Source of the DNA: Antedon mediterranea
Lineage: Eukaryota > Animalia > Echinodermata
Reading direction: 5' to 3'
DNA: 64,000 bases
Assembly (NCBI RefSeq): GCF_964355755.1
Contig: NC_092677.1
Coordinates: forward strand, 27,949,175 to 28,013,174
The notes beneath the pieces are model-generated. The model was not told where the DNA came from. It saw nothing but the letters and a program-made list of their open reading frames with translations, and did no database searches. The translations under genes and the position numbers were made by a program. This document shows, one piece after another, positions 13,064 through 27,115 of this stretch. Numbering within the stretch: the stretch's first letter is position 1; each line of letters opens with the position of its first letter.

Positions 13064-13484
13064 GGAAGCATAGCAATACACATACATTAAAATTGAACTC
13101 AATTAAAAATTGTTGACAAAAATCAATAAAACGTTAAAACCATGCAACAGTCATAGCTGGTAAATGTTATTAATAACAATATTTTTTATCGTAAACATTT
13201 TTTATTCCAATTGCCCTTTAATAAAACAAAAATCACAGCAAACCCAAATAGGCTAAAAGGCCTATTGACCAATTAATAACATAACACGTTGTATATTCTA
13301 ATATGAAAGTACAATAATTTTTATATTATTTTGTATCAAACTTTATCATACATAATTACAGAATAATAAAACTAGAACTGCTTTCAAGTGACACTGAAAG
13401 ACATTTACATTTACCAATTTTTATAAATACTTTAATTTTATTCAGTAGAAATTTTACAAATTTGTTCTTGAAACTTTTATCCAA

Positions 13485-16400
13485 TCAGCTGACTTGCGTT
13501 GTTGCCATCGCAACATTCTCGTACAAGCGCGCGTCGACATCTCGGATACAAGCCGTTTCAACATGTTTATAAAGGTAGCTCTTGAGGGCAAATGCTTTAT
13601 TGCACTTTTTGCAGATATACGGCTTCACGTTTGAATGTGTCTACAAGATAAAAAAAAAGCAATATTAAAACTAGAAAAAAATATATAGTATATTATGGGT
13701 CTGCTATATTTTTACATTCTTAAATTGTGTTTTTACATTTAAAATTGACAGATCGTACAATATGAAATAAAAGTGGGTTGCCCCCACGAAAGAGAGAAGA
13801 AAAAACTTTAATAGAAAGAAGTTGTGTTTCCATTTATTGTTAAAGTTATCCCTTTTTAAAAGAATAAATTACACTTCATAACCTACCTGTTTATGAGCTC
13901 TAAGGTTGGATTTGTCAGCAAAAGCTTTGCCGCATTCAGGACAGTGAAATGGTTTTTCGCCGGTATGTGTTCGTATGTGACCCTGTAGCAACCATGGCCT
14001 GCTGAAACACTTGCCACAAATTTGACACTTGCAACCCAATTTATGAGTTCTGAAGAAAAAAAAACAACAAATAATATTGCTGAAATTGTAAATCGAAAAC
14101 AAACTAAAGCTATGTCTACACAAGCAAACTTTTTGTCCATATGTGGAGACGATGATGTCCTATCACTACCATATTTGGGCATATAACACTGTTTTGTCAA
14201 ACTAGTTTGATAGCGTAGACAAAGCGGTGTCTGTTTTAATTAGTAAAAAATCATAATAATCTGTCTTTTTCTTAAAACAATATTAAGAAAAGGTATATTT
14301 CAAATGACATACCTTATGTGCATACTAAGTGCAGGCATCGACACGTAGACCTTATCACAATGTGGGCACTTTTTAGCTTTTTGGTCCGACAGGCTACGGT
14401 GAGTTTGACGATGCCTTGCAAGATTGCTAGAAGTACTGTATCTTTTACTACATTCTGGACATTCATGTGAACTACTTCCAGTTGACTTTTTATACAAATC
14501 TGACGTTTGATGGTTAGAATCTCGAGCGGAGTCCGTTAAACTGGTAGCTAAAGCTACTGAACTTAGTGTTTCAAGACCTAGATGATCATTGAAAACAATG
14601 TCTGTGATCGGATGATCTTTCACGTGAGTTGTGATAACGTTTTGCAACTGTGTCAATGTTTTCTCGGACGTTTGACCGTCTGTTTCTGTCCTATTATCTG
14701 GAAATATAAATGGTATTTCAGCATTTTCTGTGGGTTTGTTTGGAGATAAATCACAAACAACGGCTGTTTCAAATCGTGCACCGTACAACCCGAATTGTAC
14801 AAGTGGGACATCATTTGCCTGGCTTCCAGCAGGGGGTGAAGATGGTTGTCGAAACTGATTTCCAGTTTGTTTTGTAAAATGATTAAGACTTTGTCCATTA
14901 AGAATTTCAAATGTTGATGTCGGTTGGTAGTGTTGTGTATTTTTCTGCGTTTCAACTTGTTTCTTTCTGGCGCGAGAAGAAGTTGAATCAGGTTCGTCTG
15001 GTAAAAACTTTTTTGGTGTTCTACGAGGGCGCCCTCTACCGCGAGGGTTCTTCGATTCAACAAGTTCGTTCGGATCAACGACATGAAATTGAAGTTGACG
15101 TTGTTTGGTATGAGGAACCCGGATTGTTGATTGGATGTTCTTGCTAATCACTGGTGGCTCAGTGTGCGTAGCTTCACATGGATAGCCTGTAAGATATAAA
15201 TAATAAGTGAGATTACAAAACAGGACATTTCAAAATGACACGCACACTTAATGATGAAACTTAAGTATATACACCTGAGTTTAACCACAAATGTTCGTCA
15301 TCTGTTGTCATGGAAACTCAGTAGGTTGCTTATTTTCACATTGAATCATAACTATAAAGTGTGACCGCAACAGTCTTGTTAAAAATGAAATATTTTATTG
15401 AAGTTCTTTTAATTTAATAGCCTATTTTTTAGAGTTTATTAAACTTACATTTGAACGTATACAGCTTAAATATATCTAACATTTTATTTTTTAACTACGC
15501 AAGACAACACAAAATAAACTTATAATTACTTAAATTAACAAATTATGTACTAATTGCGCCATTCCGGAATCATTATCACCCAGTCAGACAAATTAAGGAC
15601 ACGATTTGTTATAGTGCTTAAACATTTGGTTCTATCCCCACGGGAAATGTAACGAACGGAAGTGTTTTATTTAGTTGTTTGTACTTAATTTAAATACTTC
15701 CTGTTTAGAAACGCGTCACCAACCCGTTACCGACTGTGTTCGCGTGTACAGTTGAACGATAACCACTGTTTTTTGTCGGCAGGCGATAAAACAGGTCGAT
15801 GGAATGAGGAACGCGCGCGTGTCCCCTGTCAAGTTCTCATAAATCACACGCACACGACTCTGTAAATATTTCGGTGTGTACACCATAACTTTCGACACTC
15901 AAAATACCTGGAATTCCAATATACTGGGACAACACATTTTAAACACAGTGATAGGAGGAGGAGGAGGGTGAAGATAATGTAAACATTTATGTTCACTGTT
16001 GCCAACTTTTAGTTGTCAAATCAATTTAAAACATCGACAGTCGAGGAGACAACTTCAGGACCCAAATTGTCCCCTTAGTTGGGGTATCTCCTGAATAGTG
16101 GTTGGCTGTATTAGTATATGCCGTAATTCTTCTCATTTGTTTCATTGGACAATGTCTCCTTAAAAGGAGAGGTTCAACTGTATATATATTATTTTTATTC
16201 GTCTAACCAGAGAAGAGTAAGATTTCATTTTTCTCTGGTAACGTCTAACGATAAAACAACACTTAAGATACGATATTATTTATTATTAAAATATTATTTA
16301 CATTTTGATTAACATACAATACAATGAAGAGTCAACAAGTTTAAGTTTAAAGCTGCTATAAATATATAACGAGAAAATGTATAATGACGAAACATTACAT

Positions 16401-19400
16401 AATCTATCAGCGATTCATTTGAGACTGCTCAAACACTGGTTGCAAATTATGATTCTATCTGAAACTGAGTGCTGCTGTAGCGCTCAAAAGATGTTGATCT
16501 GCAACAGTGAAAGCTCACGGGAGATCCGAACTAACAACAGATGCGGTAATTAGTTTGCATGGGTTAGATGATAATGACAGTTAAATAAAAGATAGAAAAG
16601 AATTGCAGATGAAGCCAAAATAACCAGCGGCGCTGCACCTGTTGAGGGATCCGTTGTTCTTGTTGGTTGGACGAATAGTAAATAGGACACATCGTGGCTA
16701 CCCCCAAGAAGATTATCAGACAGAAATAATTTTTAATTTAATGTTTTAGTTATTAGTATAGGCATATGTCTAGATCTGAATAATTTTCAAGAATAAAAAT
16801 AAGTAAATACATTTCTTGCTACATTTTTATTACAATATTATTATTATTAACAAGGGTATTTTAATTTAAATGTAGATTTATTGGAAGAAAATGTTTTTAC
16901 TAAATCATTTCAAATTACGTTTTCAACATCATTTCAATTCCACTAAACTTTTTAAAATAAGCTGCAAAAACAAGAAATTTGTTTCCATTTCCAAAAATGG
17001 TGTTTTATACAATTCTTGTCAAAGAGTTGTTTAAAATCCTAAAATAAATCAATAGTATTAGTAACAAACAGTCGTAAATAAAAAAAAAAGGTAAACGTAA
17101 ATTATGTAATGTAAATGCATGGGCCAACTATTGTTTGTTAATAAGATTCGTCGACGTACGACGATGTTAGCCTAGCAGTTATCTGTTCATACCACTTCAC
17201 TCTCGTGCCAAGCAATCTACTCGCGTGCGAATCACTTCCAAATAAGGTCACAATGTTAGTGGTTGATAGAGCAGTTGGCTGTGCATCTTTATAGCGGGGC
17301 TCCTGCTATGCGAACTAGGCAACATATCAACAGGGATGTACACTGTGGAATGTTGAGTTTTAAGGAGAGGTATAGTGTCACCTGTCCGATCCAAAGGCAA
17401 GGTCACAGGAATGAAGATTATGAACTGTTAATTAGGAATTAGCATATTCGCTGACGAGGTCAACTTCACAAAAGTATTATACTACCTTTCATTTTCTTTG
17501 ATTTTGAGTTAAAATATTTTTAATTTCACACAAAGCGTGCCATAGTTTAACAAATATAGCTTACAAATAAATTATTATTCCTATATATTATGTAGTGCGC
17601 AATCGTAATAATCTTTTTTAAACGTCAACAGCCCGAAGGTTAAACCAAAATACATATTCAGAATTGTAAAGATGATGCCCACATCTCGCGTTACTCGTAA
17701 ACATAATGTCAACATATCAGAGTCAATGCCCTGTGTTCATGTGACTACCATATATGGACATTAGATGTAGCAACCTATATGAAAGCATCCTCTTATCAGC
17801 TGTTGATGTACACAGTCGACCACCGACTAACGTTTACTTCTGGACTTAAACTATCGATAAGACCTACACATTTAATTACATTTTTAGTCACGTGGACGCG
17901 ACTCTATAGTTCACTATGTCGGTCTGTCGGTATGTCGGTCTGTCTGTCGGTCCGGTATCACCGTGCGTTTTAGCACGCGACTTATGGCTGTTGGCCTTGT
18001 TTAGAAAGCATTTAAGCAACTTAAAGGTTGGATTCTTGTCTTAATAAGATCCTTTGGCCATTTACCATATTACGGTATATACCCAGTGTGTTCAAAATTA
18101 TACGAATTTCCAAAAATCAAAACATTTAAAACAATTGAATATTTGATGATTTTCCTTACGTTAGATTGTTTTATCCAGTTTTGCCTATATAGAATATACT
18201 TTGAATATAATATAACATTGAAAACAAAAAAAATACAAAAACTAAAACTATTCATGAGAAACATATTTACGTTTAGCAACGGTTTTTCATATACTACTAC
18301 ATTTTAGCAATTAATACATTTTATGAATGATAGCAATAAGATGATTTGCATTTTACATGAAATAAACAAATGATAAAAACAGTAATTTGTTATTAAAACG
18401 TATATACAGTTAAATTAGTGACTCTGTTACCGGTATACGAACAAATTGGACAACTTACCCGACGTATAATAATTGGCCTTTAATAAGGATATTGCCATTT
18501 GAGACGGGTCGATCATGGAGGTACTTTCCGTGCCCTAGTGGGTGTAGGTTTTCCAATTAAGTACAATTAATGAACTTTGTTGGAAAATTAGATGGAGTAT
18601 TGTAACAAAAGAAAATTACTTGAAACTGATAATGACCATATTTGGTCATCTGTGCCAATTCCCATTACAGATTGAACATACGGATAAACTTGAATCCCAA
18701 TCTGTCACTCCCAACGCAAGTGTTTCAATTTAATGAGTTAAAACTCAACTATCGGCAAGTGGTTTTACATATTTTACAAATCTGGGCTTGTCAGACAGCT
18801 ACGCTTAAATTAAAATCGAAGCTATAGGGCTTTGAGTTTGCAATCATAAAGTCTTCTTGGAAACTAGTAGCCATTGAATTAAAATTATCCTTTTCTCAAG
18901 TTTCACAATCACATCAACTTATTTTTACAAGAAAATTTGGGGAAAAAATGTGATAACACGGGAAGGAATGCTCAACAGGTGAAAGACTTCAGACTTTCAT
19001 TTTGTAACCCACAAAGGGTGCTCTTGATCAAGGACGTTGAAATCGGAATCTTAATCCAAAGATCCAAGGGAGGGATTTAGTCAAACTCATGCTACCGGCC
19101 TAATAATGAACGGCATGGGTTTTTTTGTAGGCCTAAAGTCACACCCAAAACATTTACACACCCGTACACAAGGTAATCATCAAGGGACACATCATTTAAA
19201 TTGTAGCCATTTTAGTCGTATATTTCTAAGGTAAAACATTGATATAATGGCAACGGAATTCTGACTCCATCGTCACACCTGTCGAATCTAAGGTACCGCT
19301 TACTGTAGCTTTACGTTGACCCTGCTAGTTTAGTTTCTTAATGCTAAATCTACCTAGGGGACCGGCTGACACCTGTAGAGTATTCCAATTGTATTTGAAC

Positions 19401-22400
19401 CGCATAAGTTGTGAAACATAAACATAGAATATCGTTTTCGACAAAGTTCATAAGAAGATACGCCCTATGACGTAACGCAAGGACGAGAAAATGGACCAAT
19501 GAAGAAGATACGCCCTATGACGTAACACAAGGACGAGAAAATGGACCAATGAAGAAAATGGACCAATGAAGAAGATACGCCCTATGACGTAACGCAAGGA
19601 CGAGAAAATGGACCAATGCAATGGCAAGACGGTTGTGATTGGTCAAATTCCTTGCTTTTTTCGCGTACATTTTCTGTTGCGTCCATATAGCCACCATTAT
19701 GAGAAAGCAACATTGTGAGTAAGAAACAATGGTTCTCGTAAGACGAAGAGGATCAAACAATATTGATGAATCAATTTTTCGAGAACATTTAAGGACGACA
19801 CAGTCCTCGCCGGATGTATACTTAATTTTTAACTCGTTAAAACAAAAAATCTCTACCGGAAATTATGCAATACAGAACATAATTTGCAACAAGCATGTTG
19901 CGATTCGTTCATCTTGTATTGTTATCAATATGGCAATTAAAACCAAATTTCCGGTGGTAAAAAAAAATGCGCATTTAACAAACCTCATTCTAAAGTTAAA
20001 AAAGAGTAGGCATTTGCCTGAGGTCTAATACAAGGCCTATATCAATACGATTGTTTTCATTGAAATTGAGGGTTTTTTTACTAATGATTTTGAAATTTGA
20101 CTTTGTACGAAGTGTTTTCAATTATCACCTCATGGTGTTGTTGGTGAGGTTTGAATTTCGCTGTGTTCTAAATTAGGTACTCCGCGGGCGGCCGACGCGA
20201 TTCAATTTGATATGATCCATTTTTTGCTTTTAAAATGAGTATATTGAAATTGATATGAAGCCCAAAATGGAAAGCAACAGGTCCTAAGCTATTAACCTCT
20301 TATGGAGCGTGACAGTGAATGGCGATGTTGAACTGCTTCAGAGCCTGTGTCATGGTTCACGCGAGAAGAAGCAAGTATTTTGGTCCGATTTAAAATCAAA
20401 TCAACAATTGTTGACAAATGTTTTAGCCGATATAAATCGATTGTACGATCATTTATTCGTACCAAAGTTAATTGCCTTGTCCGTCCGCCTGGGAGATCGT
20501 GATGCAACCGGTATAGCTTTAAAAAAAAAAAAAAAAAAAAAGGCCTACAAAATTACACATATGAAACAAAGAAAACAATCAGTGTTATAATATTAATAAA
20601 CTTATTATGAATTCTCACAATGTATTCACTCATTAGTTCAAATGTTGATATTTATTACTTATCAAAAACATTTTGTCAGATTTCGACATAAACAGGTCAA
20701 CGATAAATGAATATGTAACAACTGCAGGGATTCAGTGTTAGCAAATTTAATTTATTTCACACTCAGAGTAAAGCTACACCCATTAGCCCGAAAAAGTAAA
20801 AAATATATCTTTGTTTCATGAATTTAAAAAATAAAATGTGTACCCGATATACATAGGTTTATCGCAAATAGCTTGATTTTGCGAGGAACGTCATTGTACA
20901 ATACATGATGGTAAAAGTTTGGGAGCAAACGTATAACTACGCGTACGTACAAACAACAAATCACGTACGTACGCGTCTTGGCGTTTGCTCTCAAATCCTT
21001 CCCATCATGCGTCGCGCAGGCTATTTGCGATAAACCTTATTTTTAGTTAATATCAGACCGAGTGCTATATTTCAGTTTGTTTCGTGGAAATATTTTATTC
21101 GAAGCCTTTGTCGCAGTATGTGATTCTTAAAATAAATACTACTAAATTAGCAATATATTGTAATAATAAATCGATTTGTATCTTCGCAAGGGAGATTTAA
21201 ACGTTGTTTATTCAGGTATGGTAGAACCAAATTGGTAAATAGATCACCCATAACTATCTCATAGGAATAAAATTTAGTAAAATGCTTTTTTTTATCCAAG
21301 CTATCCAAGACAATATCCGACGGGTTAAATTAACGCCTGCTCGGTGGTGTTGAGTAAATGTGCTCAGGGACTAAGTATCGTGCTAAAAGTTGTGTTCTAA
21401 CAACGACTTGTTAAAAATGAGGTGCGAATTTGAGACAGCACCTGCGGTTACTACGGTGTTGAAAACAATATTATAGGAAACATTATCATCTTAATGATGG
21501 TAAGGTCAAGTTCCGATGCACTACTAATAATGACTTTGGGACCAAAACAAAAAAAAGTTTTTATGGGGAAATATTTTTTTGTTATATATAACAATATAAA
21601 ATAGTAATAGTAGGGCCTAAGTAGTCAGAACGTCTTTCTTGTTAAAAAGCAAATTTATTGTAAATGGCGAAGATAATTGAATGAATTTTGCATTCCATAT
21701 ATTTGATAAACAGATGTTTTCAAATTGGTAAAACAATTGATAGGGAAGGGGGAAAGGAACACAATTAGATTCTGGAAATTGATCGGCGAGTTCAATGTGT
21801 TTAAGAACACTAAACTTATAAATAACCAAGAAAAACATATCCACTTTTACAAGAATTACTTATATGTAAAAAAGATCTTAATTTTTCACATGGGAACTTA
21901 AGTGAGGAATAAGTTTCTCATGGGTATCAGGTGGTATCCGTTTTCAAAGGTGCGTTGATTTCATCGAAACGCTTCGTTTGTTGCGTTTATTGAGACTTTG
22001 GTTCCAGATGCTTAAGTCAAAACTTAAGTAACAATACTTAATTTCTTATCTCAAAGGAATTACGTCCGAAAGTTCGATACAAAAGATTTGATTTTAAAAG
22101 TAAATATTTTATCAGAAAACTAAACGCACAGTTTATTTTGATTTTTTACAGTTAAATTAATCAGCCTTTTATTTTAAGGTCAAGAATAATAGAAGTAGAA
22201 CGCGGTATAGTAGGTAAAGATGTGACCGGCGTCTGACGACAGGGATGGAGTCGTCGTCGGTTTGGGAACATCTATGGGTGGTCAGTTTAAAAGTTCATCG
22301 AACAAAAGGAATTAGAATAATATTAAAATCTTTTGTTTAATTTCGCGCTAAATAATCTTAAATACTACTAAATTATTATCCTAATTTCTTAAAAAAGACT

Positions 22401-22692
22401 GTCTTGAATATGAAGTCACTTTTTTGTCTATATATGGAAATATCCATACCCTTAAATCAATAAATAAAATTATTCGATGCCTTTTAATGGATTCCTTAGA
22501 ATTAAATTACTTAGGAACTTAGGCCTATTATATCTAATTCAAGTTACTTTCTCTTTTAAAGAAATAAAATATTTAAAACTTACCAGCAGGTTCGGTGTTT
22601 AACGCCTCAGCCGTACAGCAATTCGACCAAGCTTCATTCGGAGATGATGGAGTAGCATTTTTAAATCGACGAACTAAGAAAGAGCGGGGCAT
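13485..22692 (-). CDS. scrt: Scratch-family (Snail superfamily) C2H2 zinc-finger repressor, about 433 aa, scratchB/ScratchX-like
   Basis: Exons 22584-22692 ([13 protein letters not shown]), 14313-15186, 13887-14049, 13485-13640 (1302 nt, phase-consistent). Five fingers incl. [66 protein letters not shown]. Confidence 0.9.
14107..14225. mobile_element. MITE family A (terminus AAAGCT.TGTCTACAC..CAAACT), copy in scratch intron 2
   Basis: Imperfect TIRs GCTATGTCTACACAAGCAAACT / AGTTTGATAGCGTAGACAAAGC; internal ATCACTACCATATTT shared with copies at about 26938-27115 and 32401-32494; terminal fragments at about 37700 and 37785. Confidence 0.7.
17881..18001 (+). mobile_element. Short Helentron-associated non-autonomous element (HINE/DINE-1-like)
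   Basis: T-rich 5' end, sub-terminal inverted repeat AGTCACGTG / CACGCGACT, (GTCG/GTCT)n microsatellite, 3' mini-hairpin GGCTGTTGGCC then TTGTTT. Confidence 0.65.
19452..19618. repeat. About 50-bp tandem repeat x3 abutting a half copy of MITE family B
   Basis: AAGAAGATACGCCCTATGACGTAACGCAAGGACGAGAAAATGGACCAATG x3, followed by TTGTGATTGGTCAAATT as in 43607-43757. Confidence 0.8.
20855..21037. mobile_element. Foldback-type MITE in scratch intron 1
   Basis: Perfect 18-bp TIR AGGTTTATCGCAAATAGC / GCTATTTGCGATAAACCT plus inner arms CATGATGG..TTTGGGAGCAAACG / CGTTTGCTCTCAAA..CCATCATG and ACGCGTACGTAC / GTACGTACGCGT. Confidence 0.8.
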
Positions 22693-25600
22693 ATTGATCA
22701 AATATATCCAGAAAAAAATAATCCGGCAACAGACTTTTAGGCTTTTTTTAAAATCACGGTAAAACTGTCTCAAAAGTTGAAATCTGAAGTGGTTTGTTGT
22801 CGGGCTGTTTAGCAAGCTATCGTGATAGCGTATGACTTCAACGCAACTCGCACACACACTTTTGATGTGTAATGCAACAAGTGGTACAACTTTGATGTGC
22901 GCATGCGTCGTCTGATGTTCTTGTACCACTGCCTGAAGCATGGTTAAATTAGCAAGAATGTGCGGTATGCCTCTTGTCCAATAAACGAGCAGTTTTTTTC
23001 TTCGGTCATCCCGACAAATAAGGATATATAGTTTTATATAAAATAACATTTATCACATAAAACTACAACATTTTGAATTAAACATATACAAATACATTTT
23101 TTCCCCCTCAACTGAACATGCGTAATGTTGATTAGCCGCACTGCAATTGCCTAAAACTGTTGATATCGAAGGCCTGTCGCCGCCGGGTTGTTTTTCGACA
23201 AATTAGGATGTGGTAGGCTTATTATTGGTGAGATGTCTTTCACTAAGTTGGTGGAAGTAAAAGTGTTAGAAAGTGTTTTAAGGTCTGGTGATTGCGGAAA
23301 CAAACTACACACAAACAAACATTATAGTGTAACATACCAAAACATTATCCATATTAGGAAATGCCTGACTTATATAATGAGAACAAAGGTAAAATTGCAT
23401 GCCGAACAATATAATAACTTGTAATGTTCCGCTATAAATATTATACGACAAATATTAGGCCTATCTATATTTCATACGAAATTCCCCATACAACCCCCCT
23501 CCCCCCCTCCCACCTATTCTTCTTCTTTTCATTCAAGGCTGGACTCCCCTTAAATAATTTAATATATACAATAACTTGTATTGTTCCGCCATTTATACGA
23601 CGAATAGGTCTATTTATATTTTATACGAATTACGATCCCTCCCACCTCCTCTTCCTTCTAGACTGGACCCCTTAAATAATTTGCTTGGGGGGGGGGGGGG
23701 GGGGACTTGTCTACAGACCGTCAGTAACACTCATTTCCAATGGCTATGAATTCAACATTAACATAAGACAACTTAATTGGGATGTTATTTTTGAATAGCC
23801 TAAACGATTTTCAATTCAGTATTTTAGAATTTGATAATTATGTCTGTTGACCAAATTGAATTTGTAGTAGGCCTACATAAGCAACGTTTCTGTAGGCCTA
23901 CTACGATTTCAGTGCAGTTTCTCTTCACATATTAGGCCTATAACAATAACAGTATCATGAGGCAAATATAGTACCTTTATATAGAAGGGATATTGGGCCT
24001 ATGATACAGGCGTCATATGTGATGTTGTATCACAGACACATTAGTTTACAGCACCCATAATATCGGCTAACAGTATATGTAATGCCTGGCAAAGTGAAAA
24101 CAACATAGTCTCTGCACCGTAAGGCCTATACGACAGGAATTGTTCAGTAGGCCTATACCGTAATAAACATAATACCACAGTTTAATACCCGTTACTTTCA
24201 CTTTGTATTTCTTATGATATATTATGTATTACCTTAACGCCATGGGCCTATAATGAGTAAATTAATGATTAATGATATAGAATCACCTGTATAATGAGTT
24301 GTATAATGCTTGCTTAGCTAGATACTTGTTGTACTTAAGACGATTCAGCCTGTACTTGTGTGATTTGTCGTACTTAACAGCTGAGCGGCGCATACCATAC
24401 CGAAAAAGGCGATGAGATGGTAGGCAAGTGTGCGCATCTTACAGTGGTGGAATAACACACTTGTACGATGCTCAGCAAGATTTATATAAGAAATATATTT
24501 ACTTTTTAATCAAGTTCTTATATTAAATTTTACTGGTATAGAAATTCAATACTGAATACCATAATGTACAGCAGATAAGTAATTTTAGTCTAATATAGGC
24601 CTATGTAAAGACAAACTCGATTTTTTTAGTAGGCCTAGGTAAAAATAAAATTATTTGGCCAAAAAGGTCACTTTTAACTGAAGTAAAACCAGGGTCTAAC
24701 GTATTCGTTTCTATGGGTGTGTTTTAACTATATACAAAATGTCTATGACTTTGATTAAAAATCCTGTATGTGGGTCATCAATACAATGTTTGTGTGTAGA
24801 GCCTACTCTGTATTACTTTAACAATGTTGAGTCGAGCTAACACATTTTTATCTAACAGTGAGTCTTATTAATCTTAGAAATTAATAATAATAGTCATAAA
24901 ACAATAGTTAGGTCTAAATTAATTCTGTATCGGTTGTTAATACACATTATGCAAATGACCATCATCGTGCCGTAATAAACAATATTTTGTCTTTGGGTCA
25001 TCATGTATTGTTACTTATGGTAGTTTTTGTAATCAATGTGTCATCGGTAGTTTAATGTTAACTATCAAAGTAACACAAGTGATAGGAATGACGTACTTTA
25101 ATTTATGTTAGCCTCTCAAAACAGGGTCGCTGTAAACTTTGTGTAAACTTGTATGCAGGAGGGAGCATGTAGATAATTCGATATCTAGTCTATTATCCAC
25201 GCGACTCGGCGGGTTCACTGAGGTATAGATAAGATGAGCGCGTGCCACACGAGCCGCCCGCCGCCGCAAGCCTCGGTTCAAATGCACATCTTAAGTAAGT
25301 TTCGTATTGACAGCATCGGAATGTCTTTGTCCCGGTTTGAGACCTAACAGCGATGAGGGTGATCAGTTTGTTTGCAAAGAGAGATGGATGTACGAGTAAA
25401 GTGATTATAAAAACAAGAAAGATGATTCGATAATTGAATGATTCGCTGGTGGTAGAGCAACCTGTTCCGCTTTGGAAGGAGAAGATGTTTGTATTTTGAT
25501 AAAGTTTTGTTTTCAGAGGGGTGTAACTATGTTGGTGTCTTGCTCTTCTTGCAGTGCGAAACGTGCACTGACTGTGACATGCCTTTTTCAACTTTATTAT

Positions 25601-26937
25601 GTATTTTCAAAATTAATTAGAGTAATTGTAAATTTACAACCAAAAATTAGCCTCCAATTTTAGCTTATGCAAACTAATTGGAATACGCATAAACCTCAAT
25701 TTCCAGATTTCTTATTAAGGGCCACCTCACTGCTTAATCTGGAATTGGATGTCTTAACTATCCCGGTTTATAGGAAAATCCTATGCTAATTTCCTTATTC
25801 TCTGCACAAATCGAAATGATAGGACTTACAATACAATTATTCATCAATATAATATCGAACGATGAGAGCGCGGTTACATTTTGATAACATAACTTGATGT
25901 AAAGTCGCCGCTGGTAAGAAACATAAATTACGCGACAATAAGTGTCATCCAAAAACATTTTGGCGACGTAGTCCGTTTGTCGATGTAATAATAATGACAA
26001 TAGGTAAGGCCCATTTACCTAGGACGATAACGATCGACGATGACGATTGGCGATAATTAGAGGTAAACATTTTAGGAATTGTATGCCAAGAGTTCGAATA
26101 ATAAGTCGATGCTTTGGTGGGATCCTTACTAATTTAAACGTTGTTTACGCGCACGCGTATTCGCGAGTGTGGCGCTGTCGTGAAAATTAAATGATTTTTT
26201 ATATTCAGAAGAATTGGAAATGATGTGCGCGTCAACAAATACTTGCAACATGTATCCAATGCACGAACATAAAAAGAGCAGTACGCCTACCACTATAACC
26301 TGCAGAAAGAAGGACAAGTTCAAGGAGAAATACAGTTATTTACTTTCAAGTTATTTCAGATGATGTTATGTGTGACTTAACTATTGCAAGAACTCTGTCT
26401 TCCAGTGTTTAGTAACACTTCCTTATTTGGGTTTGGTTGTCGCGCGACACCAATCAATCGGCACACAGGTACACGCACGTGTCCTAAGAGTGCAATAACT
26501 ACTTGTACACCTTTCACTAAATGAGACACGTTAATGGTTGATGAATTATGACTGTCACTACAAAACAAGTCGATTGCGATGTAGTTATGTAGTTAAACTT
26601 TCAGGAACTATCGCTATTCTCGTTCATCATATATGCCGCCATACGCGTAAACCACGGGTTTGTTTACGTAGGACATCACTTACATCGTAATTATACGATG
26701 CGGGAGTTTTAGACAGGAGGGGTGGACCACCATGATGATGTTACGGCTGATAGCTTGGTCAAGGAGAGAACATCCCCAAGATGAAGATCAGTACACTTGC
26801 TCATGTTTCTATAGTGATAATAAACTTGGTATATTTACTAAACAAACATTTGGTTGCATAATTTGTTAAGCAAAGCACGTGCGCAGTGTGGATACTTTGG
26901 TGTAATATTACCATGCCACGCCTATTTATAATATCTT

Positions 26938-27115
26938 AAGCTCTTTCTACACTATCAAACTTTATGTGACTGAACAATGTGATGTGCACATATATGGACA
27001 AGATGATGGCATATCACTACCATATTTAAGCATATCACTACCATATTTAAGCATATCACTACCATATTTAGACACATTTCTATCACAACACATTTTTTGT
27101 CACATAAAGTTTTAT
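26938..27115. mobile_element. MITE family A copy with internal 21-bp triplication
   Basis: AAGCTCTTTCTACACTATCAAACTTTATGTGAC ... GTCACATAAAGTTT; GCATATCACTACCATATTTAA x3. Confidence 0.7.

Noticed and set aside
14653-15147. Alternative-frame and antisense ORFs over scratch exon 2 (similarly over Maf, ZC3H3 and DOK-like exons)
   Set aside because: Shadow ORFs of real coding exons with no independent support.
25193-26568. Short ORFs in the GC-richer region upstream of scratch
   Set aside because: No recognisable domains or consistent exon chain; more likely regulatory non-coding DNA.
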